This document shows, piece by piece, positions 14,346 through 24,524 of a DNA stretch of 64,000 bases. Made by a program: the position numbers and the translations under genes. A model generated the notes under the pieces. It was not told the DNA's origin, searched no databases, and was given only the letters and a program-made list of their open reading frames with translations. Location of the stretch: positions 5,216,001 through 5,280,000 of the forward strand of contig OZ223209.1 of assembly GCA_965140415.1 (NCBI GenBank), in the 5' to 3' direction. How positions within the stretch are numbered: position 1 is the stretch's first letter; every line of letters starts with the position of its first letter. The stretch comes from Myxococcota bacterium. Lineage in GTDB: Bacteria > Myxococcota_A > SURF-8.

Positions 14346-15410
14346 TCAGGTGGTTTTCTTCAAGCGTTTTACCCAAATGTTCATATCTTCGAATTGGCCG
14401 AAGATATCGCAGTTATTGACCAGCCTTCCCGAAAACTCGTAACCCAGTTTGAAAAAGGACCGGTTCATACCCACGCTCATACCGCGCGCCAGGGTATAAG
14501 CGGTTAAAATTCCTTCGTCGATCAGATCCTGTTCCAGGTGCAGCAGCAGATGTTGCATCAGACCTTTTCCCTGCGCTTCCGGAACGGTGGCGCAATCGGT
14601 CATTTCGGCGTTCAGATGCTTGCGATCCATGTCCGCACTGGCAGCGGCCAGGGCCGTGTCACCGCGCATGGCAAGCCGATAAATCAGGTTCCGATCCATC
14701 GTCGATTTGATATAGTCGGGATTGGTCAGCGGAGAAGGATAGGTTTCGAAAACGCTTCGGTAAATAGCCGCCAAGAGCGGAATCTGGTCCTCGTTGGCAC
14801 GTACGATTTCTATTTCCGGATCGAGTTGATGAATGTGACCCGGTTCCGAACTGTAAATCAAGTCTTCGATCAATTGAGCTTCTTCCAGCAGATCGGAACT
14901 GCGCACCCGCTTATCGGAAGAAAAACGCGACAGGACATAGGCATCCTTGCCTCGGAAATAATAACGCAAGATGCCTTCCATCATGTAACCGTGCGAAAGA
15001 AACTTCTGAAAGTCTTCCTTATCGGCCTTCACGAAAATCTTGTCGAAATCGTTGGCTTCCGCCAACCAGGCCAGACGCCGGATCATGGCGGTGTAATCGG
15101 TCGCATCATAATCCACGACTTTCAGGCGCTTGTTGTAATAGTCGAAAAAGACTTTGATTTTATGGCCTTCACCTTCGATTTCGAAATCCAGTCCGTATAC
15201 CGTACCTACCACGGTGGTCTTCACTCCTTTATCCAGGGTAAACTGAACCAGCCCCATCTCCTTGTCCGTCGGCTCCAGACCGCTCCATTCATCCTGCATC
15301 TGATCCAGATCCTCAACTGAAGGCAGCATTTCCGGCGATTCTTCGACGGACTGCAACACAACCGGTTCGGGGGTATCTTTCTTAATATTACTCGACTTTT
15401 GTTCACTCAC
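14346..15410 (-). CDS. ablB: Putative beta-lysine N-acetyltransferase (double GNAT)
   Basis: D..NKRLKV.DY, GY..EG....YF.G.DAY, VFETYP.P...P.YI, AEMTDCAT.P...GKG, FSGRLVNNC.I...FEDMNIWVK motifs; GTG start overlaps the upstream stop. Confidence 0.85.
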   Translation of the reverse strand: MSEQKSSNIKKDTPEPVVLQSVEESPEMLPSVEDLDQMQDEWSGLEPTDKEMGLVQFTLDKGVKTTVVGTVYGLDFEIEGEGHKIKVFFDYYNKRLKVVDYDATDYTAMIRRLAWLAEANDFDKIFVKADKEDFQKFLSHGYMMEGILRYYFRGKDAYVLSRFSSDKRVRSSDLLEEAQLIEDLIYSSEPGHIHQLDPEIEIVRANEDQIPLLAAIYRSVFETYPSPLTNPDYIKSTMDRNLIYRLAMRGDTALAAASADMDRKHLNAEMTDCATVPEAQGKGLMQHLLLHLEQDLIDEGILTAYTLARGMSVGMNRSFFKLGYEFSGRLVNNCDIFGQFEDMNIWVKRLKKTT

Positions 15411-16824
15411 GACTCGTCTCCATGTTGGTAATAGTGGATGCCGAAGAAGGCCACAGCAAGGTTGCCACAACCAGCACCAGGGCTGAAAGCGGCAAGGCGA
15501 CCAGGATCGCTTCGTCCACCGGATTCAAAGAAGGTACGATATTCAACAGCAGCGCGCAGCCCCCGCCGCTGAGCATGCTTAAAAATGCGGCCCGTGCGCT
15601 GACGCGCTTCCATAACAACCCACCTAGCGTCGGCACGAACAAGCCGGAAACCATGAACGAATAAGCCAGCAAAATGCTATCAAGCACCTTGGGAACCGCC
15701 ATGGCGATCCATACCGAAGCCACTCCCACCAAAATCGTCATGATGCGGCTTACCCGCAACACGTGTTGCTCGTCGGCCTGGGGGCGGATATATTTCTGAT
15801 AAATGTCGTTCACGAGATTGCCGACGGAGGCCATCAGACAACTATCCGCCGTGCTCATGATCGCGGAGAAATAGGCCGCGCTGACCAAACCCACCAAGCC
15901 GATCGGCAGAATGGTCTTGATCAACATCGGCAGAGCCATTTCCGATTCCACCTCGGGAAACAGCACCCGTCCAAACATACCCAGCAATACGCCAAGGAAA
16001 GCCATGAGCGGCCATTCCAGCAATCCGGCCAGAAACCAGGCGCGCTGGGCGGTCTTGACATCGCGCGTGGCATAGATGCGCTGATAGAGCGTCATTCCTA
16101 CAAACCAGATTGGAACGATGGTAAACATCCAGGTCACAAACTGTCCGAACCCGATGTTCGTCAAGCTGAAATGCGAGGCAGGCAATGTCTGACGAATCGT
16201 CTCCCATCCCCCGATTTCGACATAGGAAAAAGGCAGCGCGAAAAAGAGCAGGCCGCTAAGCAATACCACCCACTGGATGGAGTCGGTATAGATCACGGCT
16301 TGGATGCCGCCAAAGGAGGTGTAGAGCACAGCCACTCCGGCCATTACCAGCACGGCGGTCAGGATGCTGACGTCGAACACGGCGCTGCCCAGTTTGGCTC
16401 CGGCCAACACCTGCGCACCTACAAATCCGGCGTAGCCGATACCGGACACGATCGCCGCGACCAGACGTGTTTTGCCATCGAAGCGTTTTTCCAGGAAATC
16501 CGGGTAGGTCAACATGCCATAGCGGTCGCCGATGCGTTTTACTTTGGGAATTAAAATCACCGCCGCCAGCCATGCACCCAATAAGCCTGTGAAAAGCAAC
16601 CATGAACCGGATAAACCCATCGCAAAACCCAGGCCGCCCAGGCCGATGGAAAACCCACCACCGACATCGGTCGCCACCACGGAAAACCCGATGTGGCCTG
16701 CACCCATTTTGCGATCTCCAACAAAATACTGGTCGATGCTGGTCTGTTTGCGCAGAAAAAACACACCCACACCCAGCATGGCCGTCATGTACAGGGCGAT
16801 AATTCCGATGTCTATCCAATGCAT
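15403..16824 (-). CDS. Sodium:solute symporter family protein
   Basis: ~13 TM helices; YFVGDR, GG..AV.YTD..Q, SAIMSTADS motifs. Confidence 0.93.
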   Translation of the reverse strand: MHWIDIGIIALYMTAMLGVGVFFLRKQTSIDQYFVGDRKMGAGHIGFSVVATDVGGGFSIGLGGLGFAMGLSGSWLLFTGLLGAWLAAVILIPKVKRIGDRYGMLTYPDFLEKRFDGKTRLVAAIVSGIGYAGFVGAQVLAGAKLGSAVFDVSILTAVLVMAGVAVLYTSFGGIQAVIYTDSIQWVVLLSGLLFFALPFSYVEIGGWETIRQTLPASHFSLTNIGFGQFVTWMFTIVPIWFVGMTLYQRIYATRDVKTAQRAWFLAGLLEWPLMAFLGVLLGMFGRVLFPEVESEMALPMLIKTILPIGLVGLVSAAYFSAIMSTADSCLMASVGNLVNDIYQKYIRPQADEQHVLRVSRIMTILVGVASVWIAMAVPKVLDSILLAYSFMVSGLFVPTLGGLLWKRVSARAAFLSMLSGGGCALLLNIVPSLNPVDEAILVALPLSALVLVVATLLWPSSASTITNMETSRE

Positions 16825-16845
16825 GGCGCTTGTAGCCGGTCCTTT

Positions 16846-17292
16846 CTATGAATCGTCGTTTTCCAACGGTTCCAGTTCGTTTGAAATCAGCGAATCGATC
16901 TTGGGCACCTGTAACAGGGGATTGTCCTCCATTTGCGGCGTCTGCTCCTCGAATGCAGCCCGTTCCGGCTTGGACAGGCGATCGATCCTGGCTTCTACGG
17001 AGAGAACCAATTCCCGGCGCTGCTCCTTCGAAAATTTGCGTAACAGGCCTAGGATGACTTTCACCCCGGCCAGATTGACCTTCTCTACCGAAACCAAATA
17101 ATGAATAAAGGTCAACTGCTCGACATCCTTCTGGGAAAACAAACGACGGTTTCCGTCCGAGCGGGCAGGTTTGATAATTCCTTTGGATTCATACACCCGC
17201 AGTTGCTTCTGGGACGCACCGATCATATCCGCCACTACACCGATGGGAAACATGCCTTTCTCCGGGTCAGCGATTCGCATGGCCTTTTTCAC
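16846..17292 (-). CDS. MerR-family (HspR-like) transcriptional regulator
   Basis: IGVVA.......QLRVYE.KG.I.PARS.GNRRLFS..D, VNLAGVK.IL; start may be ATG 17280. Confidence 0.88.
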   Translation of the reverse strand: MKKAMRIADPEKGMFPIGVVADMIGASQKQLRVYESKGIIKPARSDGNRRLFSQKDVEQLTFIHYLVSVEKVNLAGVKVILGLLRKFSKEQRRELVLSVEARIDRLSKPERAAFEEQTPQMEDNPLLQVPKIDSLISNELEPLENDDS

Positions 17293-17545
17293 CCCACTTC
17301 AACATATACTTGACGCTTCACTTTTACCAATTCGTACCCTAAACCGTACAGATTATATAGCCTGCATGGAGTAGCTTTGTCAACCGCAGGGGGGGATGAA
17401 CGTACCTGCCGCTTCTCTCCATGCATTCAACTTGTTGTTGGTTCAAGGCTCCCATCCCTAACATGAAACCAAGAGAGAGGAGCAGGACGGGAATTGCTGC
17501 TCCAACATCAACAATCACACGATGCACAAGGAAAAAGACCGTTTC

Positions 17546-18202
17546 TTAGCGCCGCCGTCGACTTTTTCTGCGTTTTCGCTTGGAGCGGCTACTGCGCTTG
17601 GTGGGCTCCTGGGGTTGGATGATCGTCCAGCGCGATTGCCAGACCAACCGAAAGAGATAGCGGTCTTCCGGATCGATGGTGAGATAGGCCAGTTCGTCGT
17701 CGTAATCCAGTAGCACCAGGTTGCGGTTCATCCACAATACCGGCGCGCTGGAAAAAAGCGACGCATCCCGAGAAACTTCGTAAACGCCGCATTCGCAGTC
17801 GTATTCCTCGGCAACCTCTTCCGAGACTTCGATCAGGGCGTGAAATTCGCCGTGCTCGTCTTTCTCTATGCCGATCAGATCCAAACCCTGGGCGTGTCCG
17901 TGGGCATAGCTGCGCCAATGCTCACCATGATGCATCACGGTGATAATCCCGTTGGATTCCCGCACCCGCACCAATATTGCTTTTCTTCTGGCTTCGTTTC
18001 TGGCCTCTATCTCTTCCGAGCCGAACAAGGCGGAACAGTCGTCCTCGTCGATGGGTTCATCAACTGCTTCCTGCGCTTCGGCTTTTACCCGATCCGGCGA
18101 GAAATCCGAATCGGATCCATCCTGTTCTTCCGCACTTGCAAGGCCGGAATACAGAATAATTCCAAGTAGTAAGCAAACGATTAACCATCCCTTTCGAAAC
18201 AC
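17546..18202 (-). CDS. Hypothetical secreted protein with a very basic C-terminus
   Basis: Signal peptide (ASA), AGGAGAGG RBS, acidic body, RSKRKRRKSRRRR tail. Confidence 0.65.
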   Translation of the reverse strand: MFRKGWLIVCLLLGIILYSGLASAEEQDGSDSDFSPDRVKAEAQEAVDEPIDEDDCSALFGSEEIEARNEARRKAILVRVRESNGIITVMHHGEHWRSYAHGHAQGLDLIGIEKDEHGEFHALIEVSEEVAEEYDCECGVYEVSRDASLFSSAPVLWMNRNLVLLDYDDELAYLTIDPEDRYLFRLVWQSRWTIIQPQEPTKRSSRSKRKRRKSRRRR

Positions 18203-18483
18203 GATATCCAGCCTCTCCTTTCCCTTCTCATGGTTCGACCATCAGTTCGACAGCCAATTAAATTTTTCGTTTCTACCCTTTCATGGGCATATTTCTTGCC
18301 CTATAATAGACACATTACAGCCCATTGTCAAGGGTAGGTTATTGGGATGGACTAGCTCACGGACGATAACAACAGACGGGGAGGATGCCGGGAAAACTCC
18401 AACCATCCCGAATGTCGTACGCAAATCGGTGGCACCCATATACCAGGTGCACTCACCGACAACGATAACTGATTTGCAGATTA

Positions 18484-19638
18484 TTATGCGGTCTTGTCCG
18501 GGACCAGCAGCCAGAAGGTGGTTCCGTGACCGCTGCCGGAATAGAAGCCGACTTCCCCACCTAAAACGGTTTCCCCCAATAATTTCATGGAGTACGTTCC
18601 ATATCCGTGCCCGATACCCTGCTTGGTGGTGAAGTGGCGTTGGAAGATACGAAGTTGGTGATCTCTTGGAATGATCTGAGGATTGTGCACCGAAAACTTG
18701 ACCTGACCAGCCATGGGATCGACTGAAAAGGTGATAACATCACCGTCAGTTGCAGCATCTAATGCGTTATTCAGCATGTTCATCAGTACCCGCACGACGA
18801 TACTGGCATCGGTTTGAATGCGTTGGTTTTCAATCTCCGGGTCCAGGTCCACTGCAATCCTGGTCTGCGATCCATTCAATCTGGAGCCTATACGCCCGAT
18901 TGCTTCCGCCACCAGCTTTTGCAAAGTGGTTTCTTTTACCCTCAACGGATAGTTGTGGTCCCTGGAGTAAGCGATAGTTTTGTGCAGATCAACCTCGGCA
19001 CATAAACGTCTGACATATTCCTGAATCGTCGAGTATATTTCTTCGCCTTCCGACTGGCATTCCTCTACGGCGAATTCCGCATAACCCATCAGCACTTGCA
19101 GCATATTGGTCATATCGTGAAAAAACACGCGTTCCATGGTGACACGGCGGTTCTCTTCGGTCTGATCGCGTAGGAAAAACAGTAAGAACTTTTCATTTCC
19201 AATCAGGATTGGTTGTGAGCGGACCTGGAAGAACAGCTCCACTTCCTGCCCATTTGCCTGAACGGTAGCTGCGCAATCTTTTTCCACGGGTCTGTCATGT
19301 TCGAGGGCGGCCAGCATGGAGAGCACCGCGCCGCAACTGCGACAATGCTTGCCGGTGCCGCAACCCCCTGGACCTTTGTTTGCGTGAATACAGCCGATGG
19401 CTTCACCCACGCGAAGACCGAATACCTGGCTCAGGTCCGGTTCTCCGAGAAACTGGCATAGATCTTCGTTCACCGTGAGAATTTGCCGCTGCTGGTTCAA
19501 TACGGCCAAAAAGCCGGAAATGCTGGCTAGAACACTACAGATAACCGCATTATTCGTGATCAAATCGAGGTGGCGCTCCAATCGATGACCTGCCAGACGT
19601 TCGGGTGATGCAAAGTAGGTGCTAAGATGATCCGTCAT
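18484..19638 (-). CDS. Orphan cytoplasmic sensor histidine kinase with a Cys-rich PAS-like domain
   Basis: FFHDMTN H-box, NMLNNALDA, FTTK..GHGYG boxes; GCIHA...GGCGT..HC.SCG cluster. Confidence 0.88.
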   Translation of the reverse strand: MTDHLSTYFASPERLAGHRLERHLDLITNNAVICSVLASISGFLAVLNQQRQILTVNEDLCQFLGEPDLSQVFGLRVGEAIGCIHANKGPGGCGTGKHCRSCGAVLSMLAALEHDRPVEKDCAATVQANGQEVELFFQVRSQPILIGNEKFLLFFLRDQTEENRRVTMERVFFHDMTNMLQVLMGYAEFAVEECQSEGEEIYSTIQEYVRRLCAEVDLHKTIAYSRDHNYPLRVKETTLQKLVAEAIGRIGSRLNGSQTRIAVDLDPEIENQRIQTDASIVVRVLMNMLNNALDAATDGDVITFSVDPMAGQVKFSVHNPQIIPRDHQLRIFQRHFTTKQGIGHGYGTYSMKLLGETVLGGEVGFYSGSGHGTTFWLLVPDKTA

Positions 19639-19774
19639 GGCGTACTTCCTCCCAAATATGCAAACACCTCTATTTTATTCGGGTACAAGGGGACTGTCAA
19701 ACAAGTATTTGATTTTGTATGCGTTTTTACAGGTGTGAAAAAAATGCTGTAGAAAAAAGAGGTTAGCATGAAGC

Positions 19775-19800
19775 AAACCGGCCACCCGAAGGTGGCCGGT
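19775..19800 (-). terminator. Terminator downstream of etfA
   Basis: ACCGGCCACC-CGAA-GGTGGCCGGT hairpin followed by TT on the minus strand. Confidence 0.75.
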
Positions 19801-19831
19801 GATGCGTACAAACGAAACGCTTTAGGACGAT

Positions 19832-20797
19832 TTACAGGCCCTTGGCGTTTTTGATCTTGGCGACCAGTTCCGGCACCGCGTTGAACAGGTCCGCTACCAG
19901 GCCGTAGTCGGCCACGGTGAAGATCGGAGCCTCTTCGTCTTTGTTGATGGCGACGATGGTCTTGGAGTCTTTCATACCCGCCAGATGCTGGATCGCACCG
20001 GAAATACCGATGGCGAAATACAGATCCGGGGCGACGACCTTACCGGTCTGGCCGACCTGATAGTCGTTGTGGATCCAGCCCGCATCGACGGCGGCACGGG
20101 TCGCACCGACGGCGCCGTTGAGCAGATCCGCCAGTTCCTCGACCACCGGGAAGTTGTCGCCGCTCTTCAAGCCGCGACCACCGGAAACGACCACGCCGGC
20201 TTCGGTAAGCGGCGGACGGGAGGAAACGGTTTCTTCCATGCCGACGAACTTCTTGTTGTAGCTGGCCGGATCGGCGCTGATGGTGACGGCCTCGACAGCC
20301 GCTTCCGCGCCTTCAGCGATCGGATCAAAGGCGGTACCGCGAACGGTGAGCACCTTTTTGTCCGTCAGAATTTCGACTTCGGCGTTCAGGTTACCGGCGT
20401 ACATCGGACGGATGAAGTTGGTGCCTTCGCCCAGGCCGATCACGTCGGAGGCCATACCGGCTTCCAGTTTGGCGGCGACGCGCGGCATAACCGCTTTGCC
20501 CTGCGTGGTGGCCAGACCCAAAATGCAGGTAGCGCCGATCTGATTGGCGACATCGATCACGATGTCCGCGTACAGTTCGTCCATGTACTGATCCAGTTTG
20601 GCGTCTTCGGCCACGTACAATTTGCCCGCACCGGTTTTGGCGGCGGCGGGGGCGGCGTCGTTTGCACCAGGACCGACCAACAGGATGTCATAACCGGAAC
20701 CCAGTTTCGCGGCGATCTGGGAGCCCAGATTGATGGCGCCCAACGAAGCCTTGACCAGGTTTCCCTTTTTCTGTTCTGCAAAAATCAATACCGACAT
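19832..20797 (-). CDS. etfA: Electron transfer flavoprotein subunit alpha
   Basis: [36 protein letters not shown] motifs. Confidence 0.97.
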   Translation of the reverse strand: MSVLIFAEQKKGNLVKASLGAINLGSQIAAKLGSGYDILLVGPGANDAAPAAAKTGAGKLYVAEDAKLDQYMDELYADIVIDVANQIGATCILGLATTQGKAVMPRVAAKLEAGMASDVIGLGEGTNFIRPMYAGNLNAEVEILTDKKVLTVRGTAFDPIAEGAEAAVEAVTISADPASYNKKFVGMEETVSSRPPLTEAGVVVSGGRGLKSGDNFPVVEELADLLNGAVGATRAAVDAGWIHNDYQVGQTGKVVAPDLYFAIGISGAIQHLAGMKDSKTIVAINKDEEAPIFTVADYGLVADLFNAVPELVAKIKNAKGL

Positions 20798-20828
20798 ATC
20801 TTGCTCCTTTTCCTAGTCAGGGTTGCCG

Positions 20829-21584
20829 TTACAGGACTTTGGCTTCGTTGAGAAGCTTGTCAACCAAGGTGTCCACACTGTCCACGATCATACCGGCTTT
20901 GCGTTCCGGCGGGGTGGTCAGCTTGACAACCTTCACCTTGGGAGCGGGAGCCACACCCAGACTATCGAAGGTGAATTCGTCGATCTTCTTGCGCTTGGCC
21001 TTCATGATGTTCGGCAGCGAAGCATAGCGCGGTTCGTTCAGACGCAGATCGCAGGTAACGATCGCCGGGAAGCTGACTTCCACGGTCTCCAGGCCGCCGT
21101 CCACTTCGCGGATGACGGTCGCGGCGTCTTTGGCGTCGTTCAATTCGACTTTGGAAGCATAGCAGGCTTGCGGATAGCCGGTCAGCGCGGAGACGATCTG
21201 TCCCGCCTGGGTGGCGTCATCGTCGGTGGCTTGCTTGCCCATCAGGATCAGGTCCGGCTTTTCGTTCTCGATCACCTTGGCCACGATGTGCGCCACGGCG
21301 TCGGAATCCAGCGTTTCGTCCGTCACGACGTGGATGCCGCGCAGCGAACCCATCGCCAGACAGCTGCGGATCTGGGTGGTGATGTCTTTGGAGCCGATAC
21401 CCAGCACGACCACTTCGGTGTCGCCATGTTTTTCGCTCAGGCGCAGGGCCTCTTCGTTGGCGATTTCATCGAAATAGTTAACGACGTATTTGATACCGTC
21501 GGTGCTGATGCCGGTTCCGTCGGCATTCAACTTGACCTTGATATCCGGATCGGGCACTTGCTTGCAGGTTACTAAAATTTTCAT
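20829..21584 (-). CDS. etfB: Electron transfer flavoprotein subunit beta
   Basis: KQVPD, GKQA.DDD, REVDGG, NEPRYASLP motifs. Confidence 0.97.
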   Translation of the reverse strand: MKILVTCKQVPDPDIKVKLNADGTGISTDGIKYVVNYFDEIANEEALRLSEKHGDTEVVVLGIGSKDITTQIRSCLAMGSLRGIHVVTDETLDSDAVAHIVAKVIENEKPDLILMGKQATDDDATQAGQIVSALTGYPQACYASKVELNDAKDAATVIREVDGGLETVEVSFPAIVTCDLRLNEPRYASLPNIMKAKRKKIDEFTFDSLGVAPAPKVKVVKLTTPPERKAGMIVDSVDTLVDKLLNEAKVL

Positions 21585-21694
21585 TCGACAGCCTCCTTCC
21601 TCAGGTTTTCGAACCGGAACGGTTCCGGTAATACAGGACTCTCGTCTTGATCGAAGACTCTTTATTAGGTCTTCCGTAAAAAACAGTTGATCAT

Positions 21695-22303
21695 CTACCC
21701 TATATCGCCCGCCGTCAACCCCCTAATGAAGAATTCACACATTTCTTCGGCGATACGGTCGATATCGTATTTCGGATGCGTCTGTGTCAGCACGATATAC
21801 AGTGAAATTTCATCGAGCATACCGAACAACGCACGTTTCATGATGCCGGGGGAAACGTCCTTGCGAATAGCTCCGGCGTCTTTGCCCTCGCGAATCATAT
21901 CCGACAGAATCCGCAGGTACAAGGTGAATTTCTGGTTGTCGTATTCTTTCATGAAGCGGGTGGACTGGCGCAGTTCCAGGGTGATGACCTGGGCCAGATC
22001 CGGCATCTGCCGCGCCATGTCGATATGGGAGCGGATGTAGATGCGGATTTTCTCCAGCGGATCGGTCACGCCTTCCAAGCGATTGTGCAGCGCTTCGATG
22101 ATCTGGGACATCTTGTCTTCGAACAACGAAATCAGGATGTCGTCCTTGTTTTTGAAATACAGGTAGATCGTACCGTCGGCGACGTTCGCTTCCTTCGCGA
22201 TTTCATTGACTTTCGAGTTGTAGAAACCGTTCTGAGCGAACACTTTCATCGCGGCGTTCAGAATACGCTGGTGTTTATCGTTCTGTTTGGAACCATTTGC
22301 CAT
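21695..22303 (-). CDS. TetR-family regulator, FadR(YsiA)-like
   Basis: IL.AA..VFA..GF, IA..A.VADGTIYLYFKNKDDILISLF HTH; ELRQS motif; upstream of etfBA. Confidence 0.9.
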   Translation of the reverse strand: MANGSKQNDKHQRILNAAMKVFAQNGFYNSKVNEIAKEANVADGTIYLYFKNKDDILISLFEDKMSQIIEALHNRLEGVTDPLEKIRIYIRSHIDMARQMPDLAQVITLELRQSTRFMKEYDNQKFTLYLRILSDMIREGKDAGAIRKDVSPGIMKRALFGMLDEISLYIVLTQTHPKYDIDRIAEEMCEFFIRGLTAGDIG

Positions 22304-22334
22304 ATGCGCCTCACAGCGAGTACGGATTTGAGAT

Positions 22335-22349
22335 ATGAATAGTCATTCA
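22335..22349. promoter_or_regulatory. FadR-box-like operator
   Basis: ATGAATAGTCATTCA, palindromic core TGAAT-N4-ATTCA, between a TTGACA (22387-22382) and the TetR start. Confidence 0.65.
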
Positions 22350-22717
22350 GTTTAGCGGGTGTAACACAGCTATATAAGGAGTGTCAAGATTAATGTCGGT
22401 TTTGCCTGGGGGAAAAAGTACCGGTTGGGTGAATCACTGGTTGAAACACTCGTATAGGTCAATCTCAGCCCCGATATTTGTCTCCATGGTGTTGGAGCAG
22501 GGCTGCCGTCCTGTTTGTTTTACAGATTGTGTATGTTGAATTTCTTGTCCGATATTTTCTCATCTGCTTGTCGTCATTCGTCATCGAATCTCCCCTCATG
22601 CCGAGCGCTTCAATTGTGAGAACTCGTCGAATAGATGGCTAACCGAAGGAACAGCGGAAACACGGAATCCCGTAAAAAAACTTACCACCTTTCTTGACAG
22701 TTACTGCCATGTTTGAC

Positions 22718-22746
22718 TTGACAGGCATTCCCGCGAATGATATCTT
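22718..22746 (+). promoter_or_regulatory. Sigma70-type promoter
   Basis: TTGACA-N17-TATCTT with extended -10 TG. Confidence 0.55.
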
Positions 22747-22793
22747 CACTGCAAATATTCAACAACATATTCTATTAACGTGGAGGAATCGCT

Positions 22794-24485
22794 ATGCTCC
22801 AGAAGCATCGAGTCGCCTTTATGCTTACGCTCTTATTCCTCGTCGTGCTTTCCGCTTGCAGTTCAAGTGATGAAAACAACGATCTTGAAAATCCATGGGA
22901 AAACACTGCTACAGCGACAACCAATGAAAGCGGTGAAGTTTCCTTTTCGTCAACATTCCACGAAAAAGAATTTACTGTTGAAGCCGTCGATCAAAATGGA
23001 GATCCTGTTCAGGGCATTGATGTGACCTTCGGTGAGAATGAAGACATCATTTCAGTAGTTATTCTTGATCCGGATGAACGTTACCTTCCCTCATTGTACA
23101 TCGGTCCCCCGGAAGGACCGGAAGGAAGTATGGAGAGTTCAAGCGAAAGGAAGTTTACTGCAACCAATTCAAACCTGAAATTTAGACTTCCAAGCAAGGG
23201 AGAAGTTGTCATACGTTATGGTGCAATTGCAGTTATCAAGGCTGGTGAATATGTCGCCTCTCCCTTTATTGAGCTAGGAGAAGGAATTTACGATAGCGTA
23301 ATGTTTGATTTGAGTCATATGGATAATTCGAAACCATGGTTATACTACGTCACACCTGAGGAAATATTTGAAGATATACAACGACAGGGAAAAATCAAGT
23401 TTGCTGTTTTGGGAATTGCTAATACAATTATTTCTGGCTTTGATCTTAAAAGCGGTGCCATAAAGACTGCAAAAGGATTCCTAGCATTCATTTTAAAGGA
23501 AGGTGCGAAAGAGTGGACAAGAACCACAACACTAAAAGGCTATGAGATACTTACTGATCTAATAGGTCAGCAGGTAGCCAAAGACAAGCCCTGCTTGAAA
23601 GCAGTAATAATAATGCTGCCAACTTTATCCCGGCTTTTCCTCCCCCTCGAAATTGTCGATGATTCCTATTGCGAAGAAGAGCAAGCGGCTGATGATAATG
23701 ATGGAAGTGAAGAACTGGACTACAGGCATATTTGTGAATTCTCTATTTCGTGTGGAGAGGGAACTGATGAGGATATGCAGGATTGCCTCTCCCATTTTCC
23801 AAGAGCACTACAATATGGGATTTATACTACGGAATGTTTAAACTGCTATGCTTCCATAGATGAATGCGAAGACTTTCATACCTGCGATCAGATTATCGGG
23901 TGCAGGGCGGTTTTATGGAGCCATTCCCCTGGTTGGCCAACCGATTTCTCAAATTGTCCTGAAGATTTCTATATTTATTCCGGCCTAAATGATGATGGCA
24001 CTATCAATAATCAATCCGACTGTCAGAATTTCTGCCAATTGACCGGTCATAATATGTGTGCATATGGGGGAGACTGCGCTTGCAGCATTGATGGCTCCGG
24101 CAACTACACCCCCAATACAGATGGAGATTCAAGCAATACATGTTCAGGCGCCTGGGATTGTGACAGCGACGAAAAGTGCATCGATGGGAAGTGCGTTTAC
24201 CAGGAATGTTCGAGTTCTTTCGACTGCTCAGGAGCAGGTGAGGTTTGTGTTGAAGGATCTTGCGTTCTTCCTGTTTGCGACTTGGTGAGTCCGAGCGGGT
24301 GCTGTTCCCAGAACCCGGCTTGTTCCGACTATTGCTCGGATCATGAAGAATTACCTACAGATAAAAGTGCTGCATGTAGAGAAGGATTGGTGGAGGTAGG
24401 GTTTGCCTGTCGGTCCAACGACTACGTATACGCCTGTCACGATGACGGACGAATGTCTCAAAGCGGAAAATGTACGTGTCCGTAG
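22794..24485 (+). CDS. Cys-rich lipoprotein of unknown function
   Basis: LSAC lipobox, GGAGG RBS, C-terminal small disulfide modules (C....DC...E.C..G.C). Confidence 0.75.
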   Translation: MLQKHRVAFMLTLLFLVVLSACSSSDENNDLENPWENTATATTNESGEVSFSSTFHEKEFTVEAVDQNGDPVQGIDVTFGENEDIISVVILDPDERYLPSLYIGPPEGPEGSMESSSERKFTATNSNLKFRLPSKGEVVIRYGAIAVIKAGEYVASPFIELGEGIYDSVMFDLSHMDNSKPWLYYVTPEEIFEDIQRQGKIKFAVLGIANTIISGFDLKSGAIKTAKGFLAFILKEGAKEWTRTTTLKGYEILTDLIGQQVAKDKPCLKAVIIMLPTLSRLFLPLEIVDDSYCEEEQAADDNDGSEELDYRHICEFSISCGEGTDEDMQDCLSHFPRALQYGIYTTECLNCYASIDECEDFHTCDQIIGCRAVLWSHSPGWPTDFSNCPEDFYIYSGLNDDGTINNQSDCQNFCQLTGHNMCAYGGDCACSIDGSGNYTPNTDGDSSNTCSGAWDCDSDEKCIDGKCVYQECSSSFDCSGAGEVCVEGSCVLPVCDLVSPSGCCSQNPACSDYCSDHEELPTDKSAACREGLVEVGFACRSNDYVYACHDDGRMSQSGKCTCP

Positions 24486-24524
24486 TGAAAAGAAGACTAA
24501 TAAAGCTCTGACAGTATTGTAACT

